The notes: generated by a model from the letters alone, not told the origin. A stretch of DNA of 60,156 nucleotides from Bacteroidales bacterium (GCA_020438135.1 JAGQVF010000059.1:4216-64371); one strand, 5' to 3'. Shown: positions 51,842-60,156, counted from the stretch's first letter. A program made the numbers and translations.

Positions 51842-52942
51842 TTGAAGATACTGCATGTTGTCAGACAGTTTTATCCGATGATCGGAGGAATGGAAAACTA
51901 TGTTTATTTGCTCTCCATTCATCAGATTGCCAGTGGTGATGAAGTAACCGTTCTTACACTGGACCGAAATTTTATGACCAACGAAAAACTTCCTTCGTCC
52001 GGTTTGCATGACGGCATCCAAATAATTCGAATTCCCTATTTGGGAATAAATAAATACCCGATTGCATTTTCAGCCATTCGTTTTGTAAAGGGTTATGATA
52101 TCGTTCACATTCATGGCGTTGATTTTTTTGTGGATTACCTGGCCTTTACTCGTTTTTTGCATCGACAAAGGATAATCCTTCATACCCACGGTGGGTTTTT
52201 CCATACCCGCTGGGGATATTGGTTTAAAAAGATCTTTTTCAATACTGTTACCCGGGTTACCGTAAACCTTACTGATCGTGTGATTGCCATCAGCAACAAC
52301 GATTATAAGCCATTTGCCGGTTTAACTAAAAAAATTGTTCAGATTGAAAACGGTATTCACTATGATCAGTATCAATCGCCGAAAAGTGTTAAAAAGGGCA
52401 CTTTGCTCACCGTAGGGCGAATTGACATTCACAAACGTATTGACTTATTAATTAAAGTAACGCTTACCTTGATCGACCGTGGTCATGATGTTACACTACG
52501 AATTGTTGGCCCCGACTGGAAAAAAATGCAATCAGATCTTGAAAAGCTGATCCCCAAAGATAAAAAGGATAAAATTATTTTTACCGGACCGGTGGATGAT
52601 GCACAGCTACTGCAAGAGTACGTTCATGCTGAGGTTTTTCTGTCGGCCAGCGAATACGAAGGATTTGGATTAACAGCGGTTGAGGCAATGGCCTCCGGCA
52701 CACCGGTTGTACTGAACAATATCGATAGTTTCAGGGTTTTTCTTGAAAATAAGGATTTTGGCAGTATCGCTGAATTTAAAGATGTTGAGGCAACCGCAAC
52801 TAAAATTGAGAACTTTATCACACTGGATCAAAACAAATATCGATTGGTGAGCGGGCAGGCAAGAGAGTATGCTTCCAACTATTCCTGGAAAACCATCGAA
52901 AAACGGATCAGGGAGGTTTACCTCAATGTTCTGAATAAATAA
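51842..52942 (+). CDS. Glycosyltransferase family 4 (GT1-type)
   Basis: MKILHVVRQFYPMIGGMENY N-terminus (TTG start as read) and FLSASEYEGFGLTAVEAMASGTPVV (E-x7-E). Confidence 0.88.
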   Translation: MKILHVVRQFYPMIGGMENYVYLLSIHQIASGDEVTVLTLDRNFMTNEKLPSSGLHDGIQIIRIPYLGINKYPIAFSAIRFVKGYDIVHIHGVDFFVDYLAFTRFLHRQRIILHTHGGFFHTRWGYWFKKIFFNTVTRVTVNLTDRVIAISNNDYKPFAGLTKKIVQIENGIHYDQYQSPKSVKKGTLLTVGRIDIHKRIDLLIKVTLTLIDRGHDVTLRIVGPDWKKMQSDLEKLIPKDKKDKIIFTGPVDDAQLLQEYVHAEVFLSASEYEGFGLTAVEAMASGTPVVLNNIDSFRVFLENKDFGSIAEFKDVEATATKIENFITLDQNKYRLVSGQAREYASNYSWKTIEKRIREVYLNVLNK

Positions 52943-52964
52943 CTTGTAGTGCCTTGAATTAATA

Positions 52965-53981
52965 ATGAAAAAAATATACATCTATCCCAACTCACTAAAA
53001 GACAGACTTCTTAAGAGGTACAACCCATATATGGATGACCTTATCGGTGCTGCAGATACTCATTTTACCGTAATAAACAGAGATAAACCGGCCAATTCGG
53101 GAATTTTTGATTTTTTGAAATATGTTTTTAAAACGGACATTATCTATTTTAACTGGATCGAAAAACTAGCTGAAAAAAAAGGGGGGGTAGTCCAAACGAT
53201 GTTATTGCTTTCTATGGTTTATCTTCATAAATTGTTTGGATTTGAGATTGTGTGGACGATGCATAATAAACTAACTCACTCAGGAAGGTTCTCATTTTGG
53301 TCATCTGCCATTTTTAAAGCCATGCTCCGAAATGCCAAAATCGTGATCACACATTCCAGTGAGGGGATTGCATTTGGTGAAACTGTTGTTCCCGGTTCAG
53401 GTAATAAAATTGTTTATTTCCCGCATCCGGCAAAAGACAGGAGAACATTGATTGCCGATCAACCCGGATCGTACACATACGATATTCTTATTTGGGGATC
53501 GGTTGCTAAATATAAAAATATTCACAATTTCCTGAAATATCTATACGATAACGGTCTTGAGCATTCTTTCAGAATTATGATCATCGGAAAGGTGTATGAA
53601 AACTACCTCGAAGAGATTATGTCGTATAAAAATGAACACATTCAGATTGTCGATGAATTTGCCAGCAATGAGGAGTTGGTTGCCCTGATCAATGAATCGG
53701 CAGTTGTTTTATTTACCTATTCGATGAATTCAGTGCTGAGTTCTGGTGTCTTGATGGATTCGCTGGGCTATGGCGCGAACATTGTCGGGCCGCACGTGGG
53801 TGCTTTTGCCGATGTAGCTGAGCTTGGAATTATTAAAACGTTTAAAAATTTTGATGAAGTAATTCCCATCATTGAATCCCAAATGCAGATTACCCACGAA
53901 GAAAGGAGCCGGAAATTAGACTCTTTTCTTGCCGGCAATTCCTGGGAACAGTTTGCAGAAAAACTGCGCAAAATCCTGTAA
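52965..53981 (+). CDS. GT-B-like putative glycosyltransferase, family unclear
   Basis: Two-lobed Rossmann-like pattern (IVWTMHN...; ILIWGSVAKYKN...; SGVLMDSLGYGANIVGPHVGAF). It lacks a clear E-x7-E motif. The call rests mainly on operon context with two GTs. Confidence 0.45.
   Translation: MKKIYIYPNSLKDRLLKRYNPYMDDLIGAADTHFTVINRDKPANSGIFDFLKYVFKTDIIYFNWIEKLAEKKGGVVQTMLLLSMVYLHKLFGFEIVWTMHNKLTHSGRFSFWSSAIFKAMLRNAKIVITHSSEGIAFGETVVPGSGNKIVYFPHPAKDRRTLIADQPGSYTYDILIWGSVAKYKNIHNFLKYLYDNGLEHSFRIMIIGKVYENYLEEIMSYKNEHIQIVDEFASNEELVALINESAVVLFTYSMNSVLSSGVLMDSLGYGANIVGPHVGAFADVAELGIIKTFKNFDEVIPIIESQMQITHEERSRKLDSFLAGNSWEQFAEKLRKIL
53173..53187 (+). repeat. Composite homopolymer tract A8G7 inside the coding sequence of the GT-B-like gene
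   Basis: Read directly: ...gctg aaaaaaaa ggggggg tag..., encoding E-K-K-G-G-V. Confidence 0.95.
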
Positions 53982-54113
53982 GTAATCCCGGTTAATTTCT
54001 TTTGCGGTTGGCTTTCTGTAAACAGGAAAAGCTGGCTATTTTTGCAATCAAAACAATGTAAATCCTTTTTGTAAGTTTTAGTTTCATTGATACAATAAAC
54101 TGAAAATATAATT

Positions 54114-55109
54114 ATGAAAGTTGCTGTTGTGGGAGCCACCGGTTTGGTTGGCCGTGAAATGCTGAAAGTTCTTGAAGAAAGAAATTTTCCGGTTAGCAGA
54201 TTAATTCCTGTGGCTTCGGAAAAATCAGCAGGAATAAAAATTGCCTATGCAGGTAATGAATATGAGGTTGTAACACCCGGCAAAGCTATTACACTAGCGC
54301 CGCATATTGCTCTGTTTTCAGCTGGTGGAGACACCTCGCTTGAATGGGCCCCTCAGTTCGCAAAAGCTGGTACTTATGTTATTGATAACTCCTCTGCATG
54401 GCGGATGGATCCGGAAAAAAAACTGGTTGTTCCGGAAATCAATGCTGCAGAATTAACAAAGGAAGACCTGATCATTGCCAATCCCAATTGTTCAACCATA
54501 CAGATGGTAATGGCGCTTGCACCTTTACACCGAAAATATGGAATAAGCCGTATTGTGGTTTCAACTTACCAGGCAGTTTCAGGATCAGGTATTAAAGCAG
54601 TGACACAACTTGAAAATGAGAAGGAAGGCAAGGAAACAGAAAAGAAATTTGCCCATCAGATTTTTAATAACTGTCTTCCGCATTGTGATGATTTTAAAGA
54701 CCTTGGTTACACAAAAGAAGAATGGAAACTTATCAATGAAACCAAAAAGATTTTGCGCGATCCCAATTTGAAAATTACCTCAACCTGTGTGCGTGTTCCG
54801 GTGCTGACAGGCCATTCTGAAAGCGTAAATGTTGAGTTTGAAAAGGATTATATGATCGATGACATTCGTGGGTTGTTACACGCTACACCCGGCATCGTAG
54901 TGCAGGATGCACCCTTGTTAAACGAATATCCCATGCCGGTTAATGCTGTGGGTAAAAATGAGGTTTTCGTAGGCCGGATCCGCCGGGATTTTTCCTCGAA
55001 AAATTGCCTGAATATGTGGATTGTTTCGGATAATCTGAGAAAAGGTGCTGCCACAAATGCCGTACAGATTGCAGAATATGTTGCAAATCAATTTCTGACC
55101 CGAAATTAG
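54114..55109 (+). CDS. asd: Aspartate-semialdehyde dehydrogenase
   Basis: MKVAVVGATGLVG and the active-site context IANPNCSTIQM, with SGSG and GHSESV blocks. Confidence 0.93.
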   Translation: MKVAVVGATGLVGREMLKVLEERNFPVSRLIPVASEKSAGIKIAYAGNEYEVVTPGKAITLAPHIALFSAGGDTSLEWAPQFAKAGTYVIDNSSAWRMDPEKKLVVPEINAAELTKEDLIIANPNCSTIQMVMALAPLHRKYGISRIVVSTYQAVSGSGIKAVTQLENEKEGKETEKKFAHQIFNNCLPHCDDFKDLGYTKEEWKLINETKKILRDPNLKITSTCVRVPVLTGHSESVNVEFEKDYMIDDIRGLLHATPGIVVQDAPLLNEYPMPVNAVGKNEVFVGRIRRDFSSKNCLNMWIVSDNLRKGAATNAVQIAEYVANQFLTRN

Positions 55110-56371
55110 TTTTTATCTTCTACAAGGAACTGAACGGTGTGTCTGCTTCGTTGTTCGATCAGTATTTTTTTTGCCTGGGTTAACTCTTCTATAATCGCAT
55201 CAGTGTAGTTCCGGATGGTAATCAGTTGCAATCCCTCATTATAGAGAACCTTGAAGTTTTTCCGCAATGCAGTAATCAAATCATTTACAGCTTTTCCCTT
55301 TGGTGTATCTACTCCCACCGAAAAACTAATGGCCGAGTGCTGTAGCAGATTGGCTTTGATCCTGAAATCATCCAGAAGGGCAAATAACCTGCTCACGCTT
55401 TGCTCAGAAATAAAGGATAAGTCAGTGTGCGAAATGCTCACCAGAATTTGCTGATCTTTTATAATAATGATGGGAATGCTTCTTGTACGAAGTGATGATT
55501 TATGCACCAATGTTCCGCTCAGTGCAGGTTCCAAAAAACTTCTGACATACAACGGGATCTCTTTTTCATAAAGCGGTTTGATGGTCTTGGGATGAATCAC
55601 TTTGGCGCCGTAATAAGTCAGTTCGATCACTTCGTGGTAACTTAATTCTGCAATGTGTTCAACTTTATTGAACATAGCAGGATCGGCGTTAAAAATCCCG
55701 GGAACATCTTTCCATAAAGTCACAGCATCGGCTTCAAGGAAATTTGCCAGCAGCGCAGCCGAATAATCAGAGCCTTCCCGACCAAGTGTTGTTGTATTGC
55801 CATCATTATCAGATCCAATAAATCCCTGGGTTATGTAACAAGCAACATTTTCGAAAGTGAATAATGTTTTGCATTTGGTGGCCGAAGCTTGTAAATCGAC
55901 GGCTGCATCCCGAAAATTGCTATTGGTTTTTAAAAATTTTCTGATATCGATCCAGGTATTGACAATATTTTTGGTTTGCAAATAATGGCTGACAATCTTT
56001 GTAGAAAGCAATTCCCCAAAAGACACCACCTGGTCGTAAGCATAATTATAATCGGTATTGACTGATTTTGCAAGGAATCCGAGCAGGTTTGTAAAAATTG
56101 TGTCCATCGCTTGTACTACTTCAGCTTTCCTGTTTGAAATCAGTTGATCAACGATTGCAAGGTGATCATTTTTTAATTGTTGAACCATTGCAATGTAATT
56201 CCCTGAATTTCTGATCGCTTCATCCAGAATCATCTCCAGCCGGTTGGTTGTTTTCCCCATGGCCGAAACAACCACAATGATCGGCTCCGGACAAACCGAG
56301 ATGATATCCCCAAGCTTGCGTACTGAATCTGCATCTTTTACGGATGCGCCGCCGAATTTATAAATGATCAT
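55106..56371 (-). CDS. lysC: Aspartate kinase (monofunctional, with C-terminal ACT domains)
   Basis: MIIYKFGGASVKD, VVVSAMGKTTN, TTLGREGSDYSAA, and C-terminal ACT-like repeats. Confidence 0.92.
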   Translation of the reverse strand: MIIYKFGGASVKDADSVRKLGDIISVCPEPIIVVVSAMGKTTNRLEMILDEAIRNSGNYIAMVQQLKNDHLAIVDQLISNRKAEVVQAMDTIFTNLLGFLAKSVNTDYNYAYDQVVSFGELLSTKIVSHYLQTKNIVNTWIDIRKFLKTNSNFRDAAVDLQASATKCKTLFTFENVACYITQGFIGSDNDGNTTTLGREGSDYSAALLANFLEADAVTLWKDVPGIFNADPAMFNKVEHIAELSYHEVIELTYYGAKVIHPKTIKPLYEKEIPLYVRSFLEPALSGTLVHKSSLRTRSIPIIIIKDQQILVSISHTDLSFISEQSVSRLFALLDDFRIKANLLQHSAISFSVGVDTPKGKAVNDLITALRKNFKVLYNEGLQLITIRNYTDAIIEELTQAKKILIEQRSRHTVQFLVEDKN

Positions 56372-56572
56372 ATTTCGAGTGCGTTAGCAGTCGGCAAAGG
56401 TAATCAATCGGGCTGCGTAAAAAACGCAATCGGTTTTCTTATTACATTTTGTTATTCCCTTAGTCATATCCTTGTTCATAAGTTTTCCGGATAATCCCTT
56501 AAAATATGGCCTGCCGGACAAAACCGAAAGAGAGAAATTGTATAATTTCGCAAATTCAAAAACAGAAACGAT

Positions 56573-57343
56573 ATGAAAAAGTACATCATCCATTTTTTAA
56601 TTCTTCTGTTCATCGGGGCCTCTCTTCCAGGCCTGAAGGCCCAGGGGGTCTTCAACAAGATAAAAAATAAAACAGAAGATAAGATTGTTGATAAAATTTT
56701 TGGTGAGGAGGATAACAACAATGGATCAAACAAAAATTCCGGCGACAATAATTCATCCAGTGGTGTATCCAATACCCGCGGTGGTGGCCTGAATGCCAAA
56801 ACGCCTGACGTAAAAGAAAATATAGATCTTGCTTCAAAATCTTTTGATGACAAGGAATACAGTGATGCCCGGTATGCGGTTCGGGAGGCGATTCTTGGAA
56901 TTGAGCTGGAAATCGGTAAAAATATCTTGGCCGACCTTCCTGAAAAGATTGAAAGTTTACCTGCTGTTACCGATGAAGATAATGTTACCAGTTCGGGTAT
57001 CGGGTTTGTCGGATTGGTAGTTTCGAGGGTTTACCGGAGTGATGATATGGAATTAAGGGTGACGGTGGCCAATGATGCAGCCATGCTTTCTGCCGTGAAT
57101 ATCTATTTCTCTTCCGGCTATGCTTCTACCTCCGATGATGAAAACATTCAGCGCACAAAATTCCAGGATGAAAACGCCATTATTGAGTGGGACGAAAACA
57201 GCGGTTATAAACTTAGTGTACCATTCGGTCAGTCATCGCTGCTTATGATTGAGGGCGTCAACTTTGAAACACAGGAGGCTTTCACGGCAGCATGCGGGAA
57301 ATTTAATCTGGATCATATTAAAAATCAATTGGGAGAAAAATGA
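56573..57343 (+). CDS. Secreted protein of unknown function (paralog of the next gene), with an N/S/G-rich low-complexity linker
   Basis: Signal peptide MKKYIIHFLILLFIGASLPGLKAQG and linker NNNGSNKNSGDNNSSSGVSNTRGGG. The core aligns with the following ORF. Confidence 0.6.
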   Translation: MKKYIIHFLILLFIGASLPGLKAQGVFNKIKNKTEDKIVDKIFGEEDNNNGSNKNSGDNNSSSGVSNTRGGGLNAKTPDVKENIDLASKSFDDKEYSDARYAVREAILGIELEIGKNILADLPEKIESLPAVTDEDNVTSSGIGFVGLVVSRVYRSDDMELRVTVANDAAMLSAVNIYFSSGYASTSDDENIQRTKFQDENAIIEWDENSGYKLSVPFGQSSLLMIEGVNFETQEAFTAACGKFNLDHIKNQLGEK

Positions 57344-57945
57344 AAAAAGGAATAATTATACTGTTGACAGGATTGTTATTTGCAACAGCCGGTTTACAAT
57401 CGCAGGATTTGCAGGCACGACTTGATGAGGCCGAATCGTCATATAATTCAGGAGACCTTGAGAATGCCAGGTTTGCTCTTCAGGAAGCATTAAATGAGAT
57501 CAACAAAGCCATTGGAAACGATATTCTTGCCATTCTCCCGGATGAACTGGGGGGGATACCCAAAGTAGAAAATTCAGATAATGTTACCGGAACCAATATG
57601 GGTTTTGCCGGATTGTATGTGAACCGCGACTTTCAGGCTGAAGGAAAAGATGCAAATTTTCAGATTATCAGCGATTCTCCTTTGTTGTCGAGTATAAGCT
57701 CGATGCTGAGCCTGTCTGTTTTTATGGCTGCTGATCCAAACCAGAAAAGAATAAAGGTTGACGGCTATAAAGCGCTCATGACGCGAAGCGAAAATGAAGA
57801 TGGATCGACCTATTCATGGGACGTAAGCCTGCCTTTCGGCGATTCAATGATAACGCTGCAATGTCACGGAATTGAAGATGGCAAAACTGTCGAAAAAATA
57901 ATGAATGATATTCCGGTTGCCCGTATCATTGAAATTGCCAAATAA
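57340..57945 (+). CDS. Secreted protein of unknown function (paralog of the previous gene)
   Basis: Has a signal peptide. The shared core is ARxAxxEA...IGxxILAxLPxxxxxxPxVxxxDNVTxxxxGFxGLxVxR. ATGA overlap with the previous gene. Confidence 0.6.
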   Translation: MKKGIIILLTGLLFATAGLQSQDLQARLDEAESSYNSGDLENARFALQEALNEINKAIGNDILAILPDELGGIPKVENSDNVTGTNMGFAGLYVNRDFQAEGKDANFQIISDSPLLSSISSMLSLSVFMAADPNQKRIKVDGYKALMTRSENEDGSTYSWDVSLPFGDSMITLQCHGIEDGKTVEKIMNDIPVARIIEIAK

Positions 57946-58005
57946 TGCTTTAAACCTTTTGACAATTAGCCGTGTCTATGGTTTTAAAAGCTTGATTTCT
58001 TAATA

Positions 58006-59121
58006 ATGAAAAGATATTTTAGTAGCCTTATTGCATATACAACATTGATTCTTTTTGCTCAGTTATTGATGGGATGGGGATATACCGGGCATTATAAGAT
58101 CAATTTCAATGCACAGTTGTCATACAATCAAAGTATGGTTCAGTTTTATGATTGGTCGCAGCAGCTAGCCAATCATGCATCCGATGCCGATGAGCGTAAA
58201 TCCTGGGATCCGGATGAGGGACCTAAACATTACATCGATATCGACAATTACCCCGGGTTTATTGAAAATGGGAATATCTCACAAAATATCAGCGATCTGA
58301 TTGCTACGTATGGTTGGTCTTTTGTGGAAGATCAGGGAATTTTGCCCTGGGCAACCAAAACCACATTCGATTCTTTACAAAGTTGTTTTGAACGTCAGGA
58401 TTGGGATAAGGCTCTGTTGTTTGCCGCCGACCTCGGTCATTATGTGGCTGATGGTCATATGCCTTTGCACATCACCCGTAACTATAACGGACAATATACC
58501 GGGAATGATGGAATACATTCAAGATACGAATCGGGCATGGTGAATGCCTACAACTCCAATATTCTTTACTCAGGAATGCCTGTGGTTGTTATTCCCGATG
58601 TGCCGGACTACATTTTTAACTACATCTATCAGAATTATACTTTTATCGATCCATTGTTAGCAGCCGATGATTATGCATCTGATATAGCCGGAAGTACATC
58701 CTCTGATTATTACTATGAATTGTTGTGGCAGGAAACTGCTGAATTTACAAACGAATTGTTTCAACAGGCATCTCACCGGCTGGCGGAACTTATCTTTACA
58801 GCCTGGGTAAATGCAGGAAGTCCTCAAATCAATGCCACATACTACCCCGATCTTCTTTTAGAAAAAGAACATTTTCGATGTTTTCCGAATCCGGCTTCCG
58901 AAACACTTACGGTTGATGTGCATAATAGCCTCAAAGGCCCGGCAATATTTACGATCTATGACAGGTCAGGTCTAGTTGCCAACCGGTTTGAAAAGGTGGG
59001 ATCTATTTCTGATGACGGATTTTTACAAATGGATATTTCTGCACTACCACAAGGTCTCTATTTTATAGTATGTGAAACAAACTCTGGTAAATCTTCCCGT
59101 AAATTAATGATTTCCCGTTAA
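58006..59121 (+). CDS. S1/P1 nuclease / zinc phospholipase C superfamily enzyme with a T9SS C-terminal sorting domain
   Basis: The mature N-terminus GWGYTGH (WGxxGH), HYIDIDNYP, and LGHYVADGHMPLH (HxxxDxxxPLH) are Zn ligand contexts. The C-terminal ~80 aa FPNPASETLTVDV...LPQGLYFIVCET...KLMISR is a typical Por/T9SS CTD. Confidence 0.8.
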   Translation: MKRYFSSLIAYTTLILFAQLLMGWGYTGHYKINFNAQLSYNQSMVQFYDWSQQLANHASDADERKSWDPDEGPKHYIDIDNYPGFIENGNISQNISDLIATYGWSFVEDQGILPWATKTTFDSLQSCFERQDWDKALLFAADLGHYVADGHMPLHITRNYNGQYTGNDGIHSRYESGMVNAYNSNILYSGMPVVVIPDVPDYIFNYIYQNYTFIDPLLAADDYASDIAGSTSSDYYYELLWQETAEFTNELFQQASHRLAELIFTAWVNAGSPQINATYYPDLLLEKEHFRCFPNPASETLTVDVHNSLKGPAIFTIYDRSGLVANRFEKVGSISDDGFLQMDISALPQGLYFIVCETNSGKSSRKLMISR

Positions 59122-59149
59122 CATTTTTTAAGAAACTATCAGGGGGTTT

Positions 59150-59174
59150 CGCTGGTGTTTACCAGCGTTATTTG
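59150..59174 (+). terminator. Candidate intrinsic terminator after the nuclease gene
   Basis: CGCTGGT-GTTT-ACCAGCG (7-bp stem with 5 GC pairs) followed by TTATTTG. It starts 29 nt after the stop. Confidence 0.4.
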
Positions 59175-59218
59175 CTGAACAATTACATTGATATTTCTGT
59201 TTTTTCTGTTAATAATTT

Positions 59219-60156
59219 ATGACAAAGATTGGATATATAGTAGCAGGTTTGATGGTTGTTTTTTCTGTGGAATTTAGCTCAGGAATGCCGGCCATCGAGA
59301 AAGTCGTGATCGACGAAGGTGACGTAAAGGGAGAGGTACATGAATCAGGAAAAGATATTCCGGTTGAATATGCCAACATCATTTTGTTCCGTTCATCCGA
59401 TTCAAGTATGGTAACCGGTGGGATTTCAGGAAATGACGGAACTTTCCACCTTAAAAAGGTACCTTATGGCAATTATTACATGACCATCGATTTTATCGGG
59501 TTTAAGAAAAAAACAATCAGCGATATCGTTGTTTCAAAAAGTAACAAACATATCGATTTGGGCAAATTGCTATTGAATATGACCGCCGTTGATTTGCAGG
59601 GAGCAGAGATCACTGCCGATAAAATGGCTGTTGAGTACCAGCTTGATCGCAAAGTTATCAACGTTGATCAAAACCTGGGATCAGCCGGTAATTCGGCCGT
59701 TGAAGTGCTTGAACGGGCACCTTCGATCCGGGTGGATATAACAGGAGAAGTGCAATTACGAGGGAGTTCAAACTTTACCGTGTTGATTGATGGCAAACCA
59801 AGTATTCTGGATGGCAGCGAGGCTTTGCAGCAAATACCGGCCAGCACCATCGAATCGATTGAGATCATCACCAATCCCTCTGTTAAATACGATCCTGACG
59901 GAACTTCCGGAATCATCAATATTAAATTGAAAAAGAACAAGCTTGAGGGATTAAGTGGTGTTGCTACTGCTTCGGCGGCAACAGGCGATAAATATAAATC
60001 AGACCTTTACCTGAATTATAAAACAGGAAAATTTAATATTCTGGGTGGTGTTGAGTGGAACGACAGGCGTTTCCCGGGAGAAATGAAGGAAAGACGCGAA
60101 ACCTATGGCGATACAACCTTGTACAAAAATTCCACCGGTGACGGAGCATGGTTGCG
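59219..60156 (+). CDS. TonB-dependent receptor (CarboxypepD_reg-like N-domain + plug), 5' partial that runs off the window
   Basis: Hand-translated, since it is not in the ORF track (no stop). MTKIGYIVAGLMVVFS..., GEVHESGKDIPVEYANIILF...GTFHLKKVPYGNYYMTIDFIGF (CarboxypepD_reg pattern), then SAVEVLERAPSIRVD..GEVQLRGSSNFTVLIDGKP...IESIEIITNPSVKYDPDGTSGIINI (plug). Confidence 0.85.
   Translation, partial: MTKIGYIVAGLMVVFSVEFSSGMPAIEKVVIDEGDVKGEVHESGKDIPVEYANIILFRSSDSSMVTGGISGNDGTFHLKKVPYGNYYMTIDFIGFKKKTISDIVVSKSNKHIDLGKLLLNMTAVDLQGAEITADKMAVEYQLDRKVINVDQNLGSAGNSAVEVLERAPSIRVDITGEVQLRGSSNFTVLIDGKPSILDGSEALQQIPASTIESIEIITNPSVKYDPDGTSGIINIKLKKNKLEGLSGVATASAATGDKYKSDLYLNYKTGKFNILGGVEWNDRRFPGEMKERRETYGDTTLYKNSTGDGAWL

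Noticed and set aside
54011-54032. Imperfect hairpin GCTTTCTG-TAAA-CAGGAAAAGC after the divergent GT operon, considered as a terminator.
   Set aside because: The stem needs two bulges and is followed by only a short T run. That is too weak to annotate.
56372-56572. Lysine riboswitch (L-box) upstream of lysC.
   Set aside because: I reverse-complemented the whole leader and could not find the conserved L-box core elements or a five-stem layout. Only short 5-bp stems are present. An Infernal scan with RF00168 would settle it.
25-60000. Numerous 60-180-aa ORFs in the supplied track that lie antisense to, or out of frame within, the long genes. Examples: 25..234, 3220..3423, 11731..12228, 12382..12903, 29229..29774, 34244..34684, 38852..39271, 40734..41189, 48496..48909, 53768..54139.
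   Set aside because: Each is fully embedded in a longer ORF that has clear family motifs. Their translations are low-complexity or Cys/His/Arg-rich, which is typical of shadow frames. None shows a recognisable domain.
1-60156. CRISPR arrays, tRNA/rRNA genes, IS elements, integrases, prophage or defence-system genes.
   Set aside because: No direct-repeat/spacer periodicity was seen in any intergenic region, and the largest is only 354 nt. No ORF has transposase, integrase, RT or nuclease-helicase signatures. The locus shows no obvious mobile-element boundaries.

Overview
This 60.2-kb chromosomal window is almost certainly from a Bacteroidota genome. Supporting evidence: a T9SS-type C-terminal sorting domain on a secreted nuclease, a TonB-dependent receptor with a CarboxypepD_reg-like N-terminus, TAnnTTTG-type promoter boxes, and AT-rich intergenic DNA. 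I saw no rRNA, tRNA, CRISPR array, transposase, integrase or phage genes.

The core (2730-50678) is an uninterrupted ~48-kb minus-strand array of about 40 genes. Gaps are tiny and many stop/start codons overlap. It holds two complete but differently built Wzx/Wzy-type polysaccharide loci in tandem.

Locus B (29991-50678, plus three divergent GT genes at 50955-53981) is canonical. It has a WbaP-type initiating transferase, Wza, a Wzc BY-kinase with a Tyr cluster, an MBOAT/AlgJ-like O-acetylation pair, and a membrane methyltransferase. It also carries a CDP-hexose modification cassette: RfbF, an extended SDR, an RfbC-like epimerase, a Zn-ribbon C-methyltransferase, a DUF4910 aminopeptidase-like protein, a short SDR and a second nucleotidyltransferase. 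Wzx, Wzy and several GTs complete it. A POT-family transporter (28539-29978) sits at its tail.

Locus A (2730-28184) is non-canonical. It is headed by two cytoplasmic hybrid histidine kinases, a DUF4114/LruC lipoprotein and a CheY-like receiver. Its first biosynthetic gene is a phosphoglycosyl transferase fused to a degenerate receiver domain (Glu at the phospho-acceptor position). Next come a half-size TolC-like protein (there is no Wza), a PCP with a decayed kinase domain and no Tyr cluster, Wzx, Wzy-like and Ugd. The locus also has an AsnB-like enzyme lacking the Cys nucleophile, a DUF218 protein and two membrane-embedded synthase-like GT2s.

The flanks are housekeeping genes: 2-Cys peroxiredoxin, a GreA-like protein, DUF192, asd and lysC (convergent), two paralogous secreted proteins, a T9SS S1/P1-type nuclease, and a partial TonB-dependent receptor.

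My best candidate for an undescribed system is 16748-28184. It looks like a phosphorelay wired directly into a pseudo-receiver-gated initiating transferase, combined with an atypical export pair.

All family assignments come from motif recognition by eye. No searches were run.
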